Source: Hypanus sabinus
Lineage: Eukaryota
Reading direction: 5' to 3'
NCBI RefSeq assembly: GCF_030144855.1
Contig: NC_082731.1
Span: 22,010,001-22,074,000 of the forward strand
DNA: 64,000 bases
Positions 1 to 13,283 of this stretch are shown here, one piece after another; the stretch's first letter is position 1, and each line of letters begins with the position of its first letter. The notes under the pieces are model-generated. The model saw nothing but the letters and a program-made list of their open reading frames with translations, was not told the DNA's origin and did not search any database. The position numbers and the translations under genes are program-made.

Positions 1-216
1 AGGGTGTCCAAACTTTTGCTCCGGGCCCACTTCCATTTTTGTTATTTTGAAACTCTAAAAGATGGAAATTAAAACAGTGATCGTACTTTAAATAATAAAG
101 AAATGTTTCACCTTTAACTTTATGCCTTTTGGAAATCATGTCATCTTTCAGTCGTTTAGCTATTCACAGGAGCAGAAATTTTGACCACGGGGTGCCCAAA
201 CTTTTACATCCCACTG
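1..216. mobile_element. Tc1/mariner-type DNA transposon terminal inverted repeat (one end, cut by the window start)
   Basis: Ends in ...CCACTG followed by TA (217-218). Two copies of GGTG(T/C)CCAAACTTTT at about 3-18 and 191-205 resemble the IR/DR architecture of Tc1 ends. Confidence 0.6.
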
Positions 217-814
217 TATCTAGCGTTACCTATGTGAATTGCCGAAAATGCCTTCTTCAGCTAAAGATCAAGCAAGAATATGACATAGTTAAAGATGACC
301 AATAAATTACATAAACTGATGACAGAATGAAACAAAGTGCAAAAGCTCGGAAACGCACGCCAGGATAATGACTTCAGTTTTTGCAGTTTTATTTATTATC
401 TCTCTTCTTTGTTGTGTCGAACTGAGGTCAATGCAGCCTACAGGGAGAAAATGGGAAATTGCAAATAAGCTTTTGGAAAAAAAAAAAGTGATACTTTCAG
501 TTGAAGATACTCAGACACGCAGGTCTGATTTGTCCATTTCCTGCTTTGAAGACACGCACGTTTGTAATTTTCCATTCTTCTGAGACCTTTCAGTTCTGCC
601 GGTTGCTCAGAGATTGTGAAAACAGATAAGAATAATTCTTCTGATTCCGGTGCGTTGTTCAGAACTCTTGAACAGGACAATATGCATTTTATGCTGTGAA
701 GTTCAATGCTGTGGGAGAACGTGAATGTGTAAATCCATCACTTCATCTGGCATTCATTGTCCAGGTATAGTTTTAAATTGTGGGATTTGATGCTATCAAA
801 GAAGAAGGTAAGAG

Positions 815-817
<3 letters not shown>

Positions 818-895
<78 letters not shown>
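818..895. repeat. (GT)39 microsatellite preceded by a short (GA)n
   Basis: Directly visible perfect dinucleotide run. Confidence 0.97.
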
Positions 896-896
<1 letters not shown>

Positions 897-1139
897 CCTC
901 CGTGAGGGTGGGAGAGAAAGATATTCATGTATTCATCTCGCGCTGTGTCGTCAACAAAAATATGCAATTTAGCAACGTTTGAGGCACTTGGAATGAATTA
1001 AAGCATTTCCAGTTAATACAGTTCATGTTTGTTTTCCTCTGTTTGATAAGGCAGCACAGATGTAAAACAACATTCCTTTGACTTGCAGGCTATTTTCAAT
1101 GCGGCCGGCTGGAAACTGGGAACATGTCACATAAGTTGC

Positions 1140-2070
1140 TGGAGGAGCGGAGTAAAGATGGCGCTAAACGGCAAGTCATTTGTTTTCATGTTCGTAAGCA
1201 GTTCTATTTTCATCATTAATATCTTTCTTTTCCCTAGCAAGGTTCTTTTTCAAAACATAACCTGGAGTAATAGGCTGACTTCGTTCTTATCGGGAAAGCG
1301 ACACGCTCTCGGGGTTTCACAGCCGGCCTTATGTCGGCACGCCAAGGGCTCGGTCTAAGGGTCTGGCTTGCATATGGAAGCAGAGGACCTCGGGGCTCTG
1401 GAAACGGGCCGATCTGGGGTGTGTGTCCTGGCAGGAGAATCGTGTGTCGCCGGGGTTATTCGGTTTATCTGCGGTTTTGTGTCCAAAGTCTTAACTTTGA
1501 AGACAGAGGTCGAAAAAAAAACGACGTAGATGACTATTAATATTGTAAATCAGAGAATTATTTGTTATGTCTCCACGCTCGATGGGAAAACAAAGACACC
1601 TCCGTCTCTCTTATTCATGAGAGACAGATCCTGTGGTATGTCGTGTACCGGTTGAAACGCGATGTCTTTGGGGTAACTGCCAGTATTGTCTATACTTGTC
1701 TATAATATACTGGTCGATGTCCATAGTATTGCCTTGCTCACGCTTGAGTGTTCGGTGGCGGGTGTCGATTCTTTCTATGTGCCCGGTGGCGGAAGGGGGA
1801 ATTATTGCTTGCTGCCGCCTATGGGCCAAAGGGAGAGCAGCTGGTGGGATTTGTCGTTTCTAACATCTATCTGTCAGTCGTTCTTAGGGGCGCTTCTCTG
1901 TTTTCCTGGAAGAAAAAAAATATTATTACCCGGCTACTTCTCTGTTACCATTCTGATCTGCTTTGTTGCATTGTAAATAATACATCTCTCGGGATAACGT
2001 ACGATTTTTCCTTGGACAGGCTGAGCTGACGCACACATTATACCAACTGCTTCGCACTTGTTGTTATTTT
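1140..2070. repeat. Probable interspersed repeat, family not identified
   Basis: Starts with AAGATGGCGC, a motif common at fish retroelement 5' ends, followed by a GC/CpG-rich stretch unlike its flanks. No protein motif recognised. Confidence 0.25.
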
Positions 2071-4500
2071 AATAATTGCATGCATGTTTTTAGAATTAGG
2101 GGTGGCTTCATCAATGACAACGTTTTCCGTCATGTCTGCTGCAACTTACGTTAATCCATGTCTTCTATTCATGCTAGCTTACCGGTTCAGCTCTCTGAGT
2201 TTAGACCAATGTTATATTTTAGTACGCTGCGCGGATGACTTCATTATCCGTCTCATTAGTCAAGCGTTAACTTGAGAAAAAGGCAGCAGAAGCAACGAAG
2301 GAGCGGCCACAATCCCTTCTCATTTTAAACATCTGATCTTATTTGGACCAGCACAATAAAAAGTGGAAAGAAATCCCGATGGAGTATTACGTACTGTAGA
2401 TAAATGAAGAATCAGGCGGATTATATATACGTATATATGTACATAAATAATATATAATATATATGTAATGTATTATTTATGGGCGGTACATCGCCGAGAT
2501 GTCTAGATAAGCCCTTCGAGCTATCCGGTCGCAGGATACTCACGATTCCGATTAACACTGATCTAATAGTTTAGTGATTTTTGTTGTTCTTTTCACGCCT
2601 TGTGGCTGATAGATTTTTTTTCCCTTTTATTACGCCACGTCCGTAAGAGTAGACCTCAATGAGTCAGAGTTGCGCGTCAGACGCTGAAACCAACAAGGAC
2701 GGAAAAACTGCATACAACCACGGAGGATTCGCCTCCATGTCGGTGCACATGAAACTACACAACTGAGCAGATAGCCTAATGGCCTGCATGTAATCTTATA
2801 TCTCACCATTTCTAAAGCTAAATTCTGTCCTTCCCTCCTGCACATTTAATTTAAAAAAGGCTTAGCATTAATTTCGTGTTTATTACACTATAGTTTTCTG
2901 ACACTATTAATCATCATCCACACACCCACCACTGTGTACAGAAATTGCATTCAATTCTATGCACAATCTAAGACAACCTGTCCGAGAACTAATATCTTCT
3001 AGAGAAGTGTGGACAATTAAGGTTCATCCAGAGAATGTACAAAATTGACATAGGGGTAATTGAAATTTGAGACCAGCCTCAGGAATACACACTGTGCAGG
3101 AGCATTAGAAACATTTATGCCATTAAAACACGCATGTTCATCCTTCTGTGTGTGCACTGACTTCGTGTTTTCAGAGACTTGTAAGCGGGGACTGATCCAC
3201 TGGATGAAAAAAATACTTTTGGGGGATATTATCTGGCGCGTCGACTGTTGGTATTCTCTTCTAAGGAGCTTGGAGGGAAAAAATATTCGAACCAAACTAG
3301 ACCCAAGATAAGGTATTATCCTGTAGAGAACTAAGCATCAGTGCTTCTGGTGGAGAAGATGTTTTAAAAGCTACTGTTTTTCCAGGTATAATTTAACTGG
3401 AAATTTCTAAATTAAAGTTACTTCCCCAAATGACCGACTGTTGTTGCACGAGGTATAATGCCTACAAATAAAGAAGCAAGATTAATGATAAGTGTGTACA
3501 AGAACAGCACCGTAAGGGAGCTTTGACTATCCCCTTTGTTGCTATGAAACCGGACACTTGTTGGACATTGAATGACACTTACGGGACTTGCAGTACCTCG
3601 GTCTACCCGTGGTTTTCACAGGCTGCTGAATTTGACGTGCTGTAACATATGTGTGTCTCACCTGTACCCTTTACGACATCTTGTTCAGTATGAGGGCGAT
3701 GACAAAGGAGTAAAGCTTTTTACTAATAGCCTTTCTCAGCATTGAGCTTCTGCAATGTCCCGGGAACTGATCTTGATGAGAGAATACCTGCTTACAGTAG
3801 AAGGTTTTACTCGTTATACTTTATCAAAACTGCTGTACCAACATTCCTGCGGGTCCGGTAACAAAAAATGAATTCTAGTGTGTCCGATTATGTCGAGAGA
3901 CCAGGTTATTAGCTATTATTTTCAGAAGTGTTGCTAGTAAGCATTTGGGGGCACAGGGAAGTTCGTAATCTAAGGTAGTCTACATGGAGTAACTATTCGT
4001 TTTACAATATTGGGTATGTGTTCTTTTGTCTTATCTGTCACTTAGGGAAGTCCCGAGAGTCGTTCTAGTATGAAGGCTGTGTCATCACGTTTGCAGCTTC
4101 CGAGCTATGGTTTGCCTCCGGGGGCGTCTCTTTATTTTCTACTAGTCTAATACTTCGTCGTGATTGGTTAACACAGAAACTGCAGCTGTTTTTTTTTTCC
4201 ATTGGCTAACTGCCAATTATCAAGTTTCACACAGCCTGGGTATATATAGAGCATGCGTGGTTGGATCTGTCTCTTCCCCTTTGTTTAAAGTAAGTGGTGC
4301 ACATGACAGAAGTGTGCAGAATGTTGTGTGCCTGCTTTTAGCTGCGTATGCGTGCTGACCGTATGTTTGTTAAATATTGAGTTTTATAGTTTCTATATTT
4401 GTGGAAAATGAATTGTTGATCGAGTTTCTACTGTTTGCAAATAAGCGATTAATACACCAATTCACAGTTAGTATTTCTTTTCCCATTCGTTGGATCAGTG

Positions 4501-4620
4501 AACATAGAAACATAGAAAACGTACAAAACGATGCACGTCCCTCCACCCGGGAAGTTGAGCAGAGCATGTCTCTACCTTGGAATCTCATACAAAAATACGT
4601 GGTTCCATCAGCATCAACAG
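4501..4620 (-). mobile_element. CR1 LINE 3' tail fragment
   Basis: AACATAGAAACATAGAAA is the reverse complement of the (TTCTATGT)n-type CR1 3' microsatellite tail. Confidence 0.45.
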
Positions 4621-4659
4621 AGGCTGGTCATGAGGCGTATGACCCCTGCTGCCGCCCCC

Positions 4660-5965
4660 CCCCCCCGCAGTTTGTGTATCGTCCCAACCGCTCAACAGAT
4701 GACGCCATTACCATCACCCTCCAACTGGCCTTAACCCAACTGGACAAAAAAGACACATAAAGATGTTGTTCATAGACTTCAGTTCAGCATTGAACACAAT
4801 AAGCCCTCAGAAACTGATTGGAAATCTGAAACTACTGGGCATGCACACCTCCCACAGCTATAACCTAGAATTACTGACAGGGAGACCTCAGTCAGTCCGG
4901 ATCGGGAGCAGCATCTACAACACCATCACACTGGACACGTGGGTCCGCCAGGGCTGTGTGCTCAGTGCACTACCGTTCACTCTGCTGACCCACGAATGTA
5001 CTGCGGCATACAGATCGAACCACATCATTAAGTTCACCGTGACACGACAGTGGCGGATCTCATCAGCAAGAACGACGAGTCATCTTACAGAGAGGAGGTT
5101 CAGCGGCTAACGGACTGGTGCAGAGCCAGCAACCTGTCTCTAAATCTGAACAAAACAAAAGGTATTTGTGTTGACTTCAGGAGGGGACCGGGCGACCACT
5201 CTCCGTTGAACATCGACGTCTCCTCGGTTGAGATCGTTCAGAGAATCAAATTCCTTGGTATTCACCGGGCGGAGAGTCTTAATTGGTCACTCAACACCAG
5301 CTCCTTAGCAATGAAAGCCCAGCAGCGTCTCTACATTCTACGAAGGATGAGGAATGTCCATCTCCCTCCCCTCATCCTCATCGCATTTTACAGGGATTGT
5401 ATTGAGTGTACCCGGAACAGCTGCATCACAGTTGCACCATCTCGGAACGCAAGACCCTGCAGCGGATAGTGAGTTCAGCTGAGAAGAACATCGGGGTCTC
5501 TCTTCCCGCCATCACGGACATTTACACTACACGCTGCATCCGGAAAGTAAATAGCATTATGAGGGACCCCACGCACCCCTCATACAATCTCTTCTCCCTC
5601 CTGCCGTCTGGGAAAAAAGCACCGAAGCATTCGGGGTCTCACAACCAGACTATGTAACAGTTTCTTCCCCTAAGCAATCAGGGTCCTGAATACCCAGATC
5701 CGGGACTAATATCTTACTGCCCTATTTTCCTGTTTGTTATTTACAGTGAAGCCTGCACTGCTTTGTGCATTTTATGCAATACTGGGTAGGTCTGTAGTCT
5801 AGTGTAGTTGTGTTTTTTTTTTCTATGTTGTTTATTACGTAGTCCACTCTAGTTTTTGTACTGTTTCATGTACCACCATGGTCCTGAAAAACGTTGTCTC
5901 ATTTTTACTATGTACTGTACTAGCGGTTATGTTCGAAATGCAAAATAAAATAGACGTAACTGGAG
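4660..5965 (+). mobile_element. Rex1/Babar-like LINE, 5'-truncated, degenerate RT and 3' UTR
   Basis: Overlapping ORF fragments give [41 protein letters not shown] and KAQQRLYILRR. The 3' UTR matches copies at 11195 and 16465. Confidence 0.85.
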
Positions 5966-6777
5966 TTGTCTTGAGCTTTGTGCATAAATTTTGGCTGCAA
6001 TTTAATTAAGCTGTATTCCCTAATGATCGTAATCACTGGGAGGAAATAGTCTATCTGAAATATCAGTAATGATTCTCTTTCGCCGTGCTAAGTTGAACAT
6101 GTGAAACTGCACGTCTAATCACAGCAATCACTTCAATGCCTGATCTTGCCTTTTTATGTTTCTTAATATTGTGAACGGCGTCCATTTGATTCGTAAAACT
6201 TCAGTTATCCATTGCTTCCTCTCTAAAGGAATACGATATTCTGCCTTTGAATAACTTTTCGAAATGTCTTACAGTCGACTGTTTTTGACCGTGAAGCATT
6301 TCCCCTTACACAGTAGATCACGGCGAGATGATTAAATGTTTTACTTAACTCATCACCATTTGGGGTCTGGAATAATTAAATTAGGAGAAGTAAGATACCA
6401 GTATGCCGTCTTAAATATATAATCTGAATATACAAACTATCAAGTTCGCTCGGAAGAACCATGCACGATCGTAAACTTAAAACAGCAAATTTGACTCATA
6501 TCTGCACACTGAATGCATACCTTTTAATGATTTCTCTGCAGTAGATAAATACTAGACCACTGAAAGTTCGTTTTCACATGTGTCTCCGAAAATGTTATAC
6601 GATCTGATGATCATTTCCAACAGTTTCGACAATGATTTCTGGATTTCCTGTTGCTAAGTCTTTGGTTTAGTCATTTCCGAAAGCAATCTTCATTCACAGT
6701 TTGTCCTTAGAACCTTGCTTGCCCTTGAAATGGCTCCAAACTATTAGTTGCAATATTAAGCCAGAAAATTCCAAATT

Positions 6778-9272
6778 AACCATATAACCATATAAGCATA
6801 TAACAATCACAGCACGGAAACAGGTCATCTCTGCCCTCCGAGTCCGTGCTGAACACTTAATCTCACCTACTCTTAATCTACGCACTCAGCCCATAACACT
6901 CCACTCCATTCCTGTCCATATACCTATCTAACTTTACCTTAAATGACACAACTGAACTGGCTTCTACTACTTCTACAGGAAGCTCATTCCACACAACTAT
7001 CACACTCTGAGTAAAGAAATACCCCCTCGTGTTTCCCTCAAACTTCTGCCCCCTAACTCTGAAATCATGTCCTCTCGTTTGAATCTCCCCTCCTCTCTTT
7101 GGAAACAGCCTATTCACGTCAACTCTATCTATCCCTCTCAAAATTTGAAATACCTCGATCAAATTACCCCTCCACATTCTACGCTCCAATGAATACAGAC
7201 ATAACTTGTTCAACCTTTCTCTGTAACTTAAGTGCTGAAACCCAGGTAACATCCTAGTAAATCGTCTCTGCACTCTCACTAATTTATTGATTTATTTCCA
7301 ATAATTCGGTGACCAGAACTGTACACAATATTCCAAACTTGGCCTTACCAATAGCTTGTACAATTTTAACATTACATCCCAACTTGTGTACTTTATGCTC
7401 TGATTTATAAAGGCCAGCGTTCCAAAAGCCTTCTTCACCACCGTATCTACATGAGACTCCATCTTCGGGGAACTATGCACTGTTATTCCTAGATCTCTCT
7501 GTTCCACTGCATTCCTCAATGCTCTACCATTTACCCTTTATGTTCTATTTGGATTATTCCTGCCAAAATGTAGAACCTCACACTTCTCAGCATTAAGCTC
7601 CATCTGCCAACGTTCAGCCCATTCTTCTAACAGGCATGAATCTCCCTGCAAGATTTGAAAACCCACCTCATTATCCCCAACGTCTCCTTCCTTAGTATCA
7701 TCGGCATACTTACTTATCCAATTTACCACCCCATCATCCAGATCATTTATGTATATTACAAACATCATTGGGCCCAAAACAGATCCCTGAGGCAACCCGC
7801 TAGTCACCGGCTTCCAACCCGATAAACCATTATCCACCACTACTCTCAGGCATCTCCCATCTAGACACTGTTGTATCCATTTTATTACTCCAGCATTAAT
7901 ACCTAACGACTGAACCTTCTTAACGAAACTTCCATGTGGAACTTTGTCAAAGGCCTTGCTGAAGTCCATATAGACTACATCCACTGCCTTACCCTCGTCA
8001 ACATTCCTCGTAACTTCTTCAAAAAATTCAATGAGGTTTGTCAAACATGACCTTCCACGCACAAATCCATGCTGGTTACTCCTAATCAGATCCTGTCTTT
8101 CCAGATAATTATAAATACTATCTCTAATTATTTATTCCATTAATTTACCCACCACTTATGTCAAAATGACAGGTCTATAATTGCTAGGCTTACATCTTGA
8201 ACCCTTTTTAAACAATGGAACCACATGAGCAATACGCCAATCTTCCGGCACAATTCCCGTTTCTAATGACATCTGAGATATCTCCGTCAGAGCTCCTGCT
8301 ATCTCAACACAAACGTCGCTCAATGTACTGGCGAATATCCTCTCAGGACCCGGAGATTTATCCTCTTCTAAATTTCTTAAAAGCGCCCGTAATTCCAACT
8401 CTTTAATTGCCATAGTTTCCATAACTTCCTTACTTGTTTCCCAAACCTTACACAATTCAATATCCTTCTCCTTAGTGAATACAGAAGAGAAGAAATTGTT
8501 CAAAATCTCTCCCATCTCCCTCGACTCCACACATAGCTGACCACCCTGATTCTCTAACGGACCAATTTTATCCCTCACTATCCTCTTGCTTTTAATATAA
8601 CTGCAGAACCCTTTCGGATTTACTTTCACCTTATTTGCCAAACCAACCTCGTATCTTCTTTTAGCTTTTCTAATCTCTTTCTTAAGATTCTCTTTACATT
8701 CTTTATATTCCTCCAGCAATTCCTTTACTCCATGCTGCCTATATCTATTGTAGACATCCTCTTTTTTCCGAACCAAGTTTCTAATATTCCTTGAAAACCA
8801 TGGTGCTTTCAATCCTTTAACCTTTCCTTTCAACCTAACAGGAACATAAAGATTCTGTACCCTCATAATTTCACACTTAAATGACCTCCATTTCTCTATT
8901 ACATCCTTCCCATAAAACAACTTAACCTAATCCACTCTATCTAAATCCCTTCACACCTCCTCAAATTTCGCCTTTCTCCAATCAAAAATCTCAACTCTAG
9001 GTCCAGTCCTGTCCTTCTCCATAATTATATTGAAGCTAATGCTATTGTGATCACTGGACCCGAAGTGCTCCCCAACACATACATCTGTCAGCTGACCTAT
9101 CGCATTCCCTAACAGGAGATCCAACACTGCCCCATCTCTCGTCGGTACTTCTATGTATTGTTGCAAAAAATTATCCTGCACACTTTTCACAAAATCTAAA
9201 CCATCCAGCTCTTTTACAGAATGAGCTTCCCAATCTACGTGTGGAACATTAAAATCTCCCACAATCACCACC
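6778..9272 (-). mobile_element. CR1 LINE, 5'-truncated ORF2 (endonuclease end plus RT) with 3' tail
   Basis: Five same-frame ORF pieces give IVGDFN, DKSPGP, WRIAHVVPLFKKG, RSCLTNLIEFFEEVT, YMDFSKAFDKVPH, PQGSVLGP and KYADD. The CR1 tail CCTGTTTCCGTGCTGT...(TATGGT)n ends near 6778. Confidence 0.95.
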
Positions 9273-9433
9273 TGAAAGATGTGATGCTATTATCACTTGA
9301 TAAAATGCTGCTTTCCTTTACTGCGTCCCTTTGGCTATTGCTTGTATTTCTGTGCCAGTTACTAAGCTATACAACACCACAACGTATACTGGATATTACG
9401 ATACCTCTTACAGTAACTTTCCCTATCGGGCGC

Positions 9434-9472
9434 AGTTTTTGAATGAGACTGCAGATAGTAGCTTTCGCCGTG
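9434..9472 (-). other. 23-spacer RSS of V1: CACGGCG / 23 nt / TCAAAAACT
   Basis: Heptamer 9472-9466 directly follows TGT GTT TTG AGA CA. The spacer is exactly 23 nt and the nonamer is at 9442-9434. Confidence 0.9.
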
Positions 9473-9976
9473 TGTCTCAAAACACAGTAATACGCGGCGC
9501 TGTCAGACAGTTCCAACCCGGCCATAGCAAATTCACACTTCTGTTTTGTTGTGTTGAGAGATGCGGAGAAACGATCACCCAGCTTATCTGCCTTGGAAAC
9601 AGTTCCGTAAGATGGGGAGAGGATTAAAAATACGATGCCAGAGTTCTCATATTGACGGTAAAGCTGTAAAGAATACATATCACTGTCGGTTGAATAGTTG
9701 CAACTGATGGTAGCCGAATCACCTTCAAACCGTAGCATGTTATCAGGTCCCTGAGAGACAGTGCTTGCAGCTCCGGCACCTGCAGTAATTCAAATAGTAA
9801 GAAACGCGTTTAAAGCTATACTTCAGTCAGGATGTATGACAATTGAAAAGTAGGTCAAACCGCCAGAACGTTAACGAAATTGGTGTAGTCATCGTTGACA
9901 ATAATTTGTAAATTTCACACTCACAGGTTAAAAGAGTAGCCGCCGTAAAAACGGCAGAAGCTGGAACACAGTACAT
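9473..9976 (-). CDS. TRAV: TCR alpha/delta V segment V1 (leader 9976-9925, intron 9924-9780, V exon 9779-9473); open frame, Trp41 replaced by Leu
   Basis: Spliced product MYCVPASAVFTAATLLTCAGAASTVSQGPDNMLRFEGDSATISCNYSTDSDMYSLQLYRQYENSGIVFLILSPSYGTVSKADKLGDRFSASLNTTKQKCEFAMAGLELSDSAAYYCVLR. Donor GTGAGT, acceptor TGCAG, phase 1, both Ig-V cysteines, DSAxYYC motif and a 23-RSS. TRAV versus TRDV cannot be resolved here. Confidence 0.9.
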
Positions 9977-11194
9977 ATCTCCCGATTACGAATAAGAACA
10001 CATAATTTTGAGTCCGAAGATATTTTTGTAGCGGAGGTTGCTAAAAATGCTTAGGTCATTGTCGAACCTGCATGAGTTATCCAATAAGCTTACGGCTTCA
10101 ATTTATCAAATAACCAATGAGGATGATGCACGTGTTAAAGTCATTACACCAAAAAAAAGGCCAGTCGGAATGGATCAAGTCTTATTTCTTCTTCTATCAA
10201 AACAATTAAACCGACGAGATTGTTATCGATTCGGATTGTTTCGTCCAGGTCGGAAACTTAAAGTTAGAAGATTCCCTTATTACATAAGGGTCTAAACAAG
10301 TGCTGCTCCATGACAACTGATGAGTCCCGACTCTCGCAGAAACACGGACCGCCCGGAAGACTTAAGGAAAATTAATATGTTAAAGCTGTATCTCTGTTGG
10401 AAGAACTCTTCAAAGTTTACTTTCTTTACTGTCCCTTTCCAATTATACGTCATTCCAAAGCAGCTGCTGATAGCAATCCGCGTTTTGTACATGCGACATC
10501 TGTGCAGATGTGCTGGCATGGGGTCACTCGGTGCAGTCATCTACGTTCACATGTTTCAATTGACTCCGTGGCTGGATTTATCAACTTTCACATTTCCGTA
10601 AATAACTGTGTATTCATATGATCTGTGGAGAGGATTTTGGAACTGGATAGGAGGCTGCAACATACCTTTCGACTGTCGTCCCGTGGAACACGAACTCGGT
10701 CTATGATTTGACGTAGAATCTCCGAAATATATTTCTTCCTACTGAAGGGAAATTTAATAAATTTAATGGAGGCAGACTTGGAAGACGGGTTTGAGGTGCG
10801 GGAGAAGGTCCACGTCTATCTATAGGGAATAACTCGTAGATTGAGTCATGAGGGGAAAAGAAAATTTACGCCGTTTGGATTTTTCGGATGTCAGGAGAAT
10901 ATAAACAGTAAAGTGGAGCGTACTCGGCTTCACCTGAGATATTCTGATCGCTGGAATGTTTAAATAGCGTCCGCCGCTGTGAACACCGATAAGTACAATG
11001 TTTACTCAAAGATATTCAAAACAGGCGAATCTCACGGAGCTCTCGTGCGTTGAATGGAAAAGTTTTCAAGTAAAATCTGCTTTCGTTTTTGAGCTGGCAT
11101 ACTTAATTAACATAAACTAGTTATTTTCGATTGTATGTTTATCTCTGCAGCATTCCTTAGTGACGGAATTGCGGAATCGCTATCATTTACGCTC

Positions 11195-11280
11195 GGTCCT
11201 GAAAAACGTTGTCTCATTTTTACTATGTACTGTCCAAGCAGTTATGGTCGAAATGAAAATAAAAGTGACTTGACTTGAAC
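11195..11280 (+). mobile_element. Rex1/Babar-like 3' tail fragment
   Basis: GGTCCTGAAAAACGTTGTCTCATTTTTACTATGTACTGT is nearly identical to 5880-5920 and ends in GACTTGACTTGA. Confidence 0.6.
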
Positions 11281-11784
11281 TTTGCAAAATTTTTCATAGT
11301 GGCTGGAGTAAAATTATTTCAAAAGCAAATTATTTCAAAAGAAAATTAATAAATTCGATTCGTGCTTATTTCTGCAGTGCAGACTCTTCAGGTTGCAGTT
11401 GAAGTACGCGATTTTACTCGGACGAAAATTATTACTTCATAAGATTTTCATTAATCAATCAGCAAAGCACGCATTTGGGCCACACTGACTCATCAACAGA
11501 GGTAAGCATTGACAATTCGGCACCACTGCCTTACACATATACAGTCACAGAGAACAGCTAATAGTGTCCAGTTTGAGAAAATGGACGAGAAAATGATCGC
11601 GGCATCAGATCACCGCATTGCTAATTCGACAGATAGTAAATATTGTTGGTAAATCCTGTATTGCACTGTAACTGTAATCAGAGCGGCAGAGAGCATAACC
11701 GTCGGTAGAGAACTAATGGTATTCAAAATGCTCCAGGTCGCTGAAATTTTTGGGAGAAATAAAGTGATATAATGGGAGTCATTG

Positions 11785-12566
11785 AAACATCTGCAGCTTA
11801 ATTTGAAAAAGACTAAGAAGCTGGTGGTGGACCTGAGGAGGGCTAAGGCACCGGTGACCCTTGTTTCCATCCAAGGGGTCAATGTGGACATAGTGGAGGA
11901 ATACAAATACCTGCGGATACGAATTGACAATAAACTGGACTGGTCAAAGAACAGTGAGGATGTCTGCAAGAAGGGTCAGGGCCGTCTGTATTTCCTGTGC
12001 AGACTGAGGTTCTTTAAAATCTGCTGGATGATGCTGAGGATGCTCTACGAGTCTGTGGTGGCCAGTGCTATCATGTTTGCTGCTGTGTGGAAGGACAGCA
12101 GGCTGAGGGTCGCAGACACCAACTGAATCAAGAAATTCATTCGTAAGGCCAGTGATATTGTTTGGGTACAACTGGACAATCTGAAGGTGGTGTCTGAAAA
12201 GAGGATGCTGTCCATGTTGCATGCCATTTTGGACAATGACTCCCATTCACTTCATAATGTACTGCTTAGGCACAGGAGTACATTCAGCCAGAAACTTATT
12301 CCACCGAGATCTAGCACTGAGCGACATTGGAAGTCATTCCTGCCTGTGGCCATCGAACTTTACAACTCCTCGCTCGGAGTGTCAGATACTATGAGCCAAT
12401 AGGCTGGTCCTGGAATTATTTCCACTTGGCATGATTAACCTATTATTATTTAATTATTAATGGTTTTATATCGCTATATTTGTACAATATTCTTGGTTGG
12501 TGCGGCTGTAACGAAACCCAATTTCCCTCGGGATCCATAAAGTATGTCTGTCTGTCTGTCTGTCTC
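11785..12566 (+). mobile_element. Rex1/Babar-like LINE 3' portion
   Basis: HLQLNLKKTKKLVVDLRR...YKYL...DNKLDW...KKGQGRLYFL. Ends with ATAAAGT plus a (CTGT)n tail. Confidence 0.85.
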
Positions 12567-13283
12567 CCTGTTAAACAATGATTCCGTTTATTTAGAAGTA
12601 GATTTCCAATATTAGAAACAAGAACAGTAATATCCCTTCAAGGATTCGTTTCATGAACCAATTGATAGTACGACAGTTTATCAACACTATTCCACAGCAA
12701 CAAACTTGTGATAAAAAGTAATTTTCTGAGTATTATTCTTTCTGTGTTCTCTAATTAAATATGTTAACGGGTGTTTTTTTTTTTTTCTGGTGAGTGTGGC
12801 ATAAATGATACTGTGTCTGACAGATATGAATGCCGATAGCCTGATTTTTTTTTCAGTTTCCTTACATGCATGCATTTCCATTTACATACCAATATCCTCT
12901 TGCATTTCATTTAGATAAATGAGTTTTATTCACATTTATGAACCTATGAATAGTTGTCTTCTTTTCACAGACGTGGGGGAGGGGGGAAATAATCGTGTAT
13001 AATTCCATCAGTGAGCAGCACGCCCCTAAGTCGAACATAATTAATTCCATGGTCTGAAAAATAAAAAGACAAACACAAACTAGAATAAAGTCATCATTTT
13101 GATTGGGAGTGCAAATGTGTGTACCCACTTTCACTATGTTCAATAGTCTGGGTTTACCACAGACATGTGAAACAAAATAGATATAGCTGACTGGTGTAGC
13201 GTATCTGCCCCCAATTTACCCCCGTTTCCTAAGGTGAACCGCCGTCGCACCGCCAACAGTACAATACTTCGGGTTATATAAGA

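Noticed and set aside
376-416. RSS-like CACAACA...GCAAAAACT on the minus strand
   Set aside because: The spacer is 25 nt, the heptamer is poor, and no YYC-ending V exon precedes it.
368-583. 71-aa ORF with a signal-peptide-like N-terminus and SCFEDTHVCNFP, loosely like the type I interferon C..D...F.FP motif
   Set aside because: Cys spacing does not fit, it stops early, no downstream helices appear in any frame, and hydrophobic ORFs arise easily in T-rich DNA.
757-972. ORFs with CV/HT repeats on both strands
   Set aside because: Artefacts of the (GT)n microsatellite.
6280-6400. Minus-strand AVIYCVR with a nearby WY and a TCAAAAACA nonamer-like sequence
   Set aside because: The W-to-C distance is far too short for a V domain, there are intervening stops, and no heptamer sits at 12 or 23 nt.
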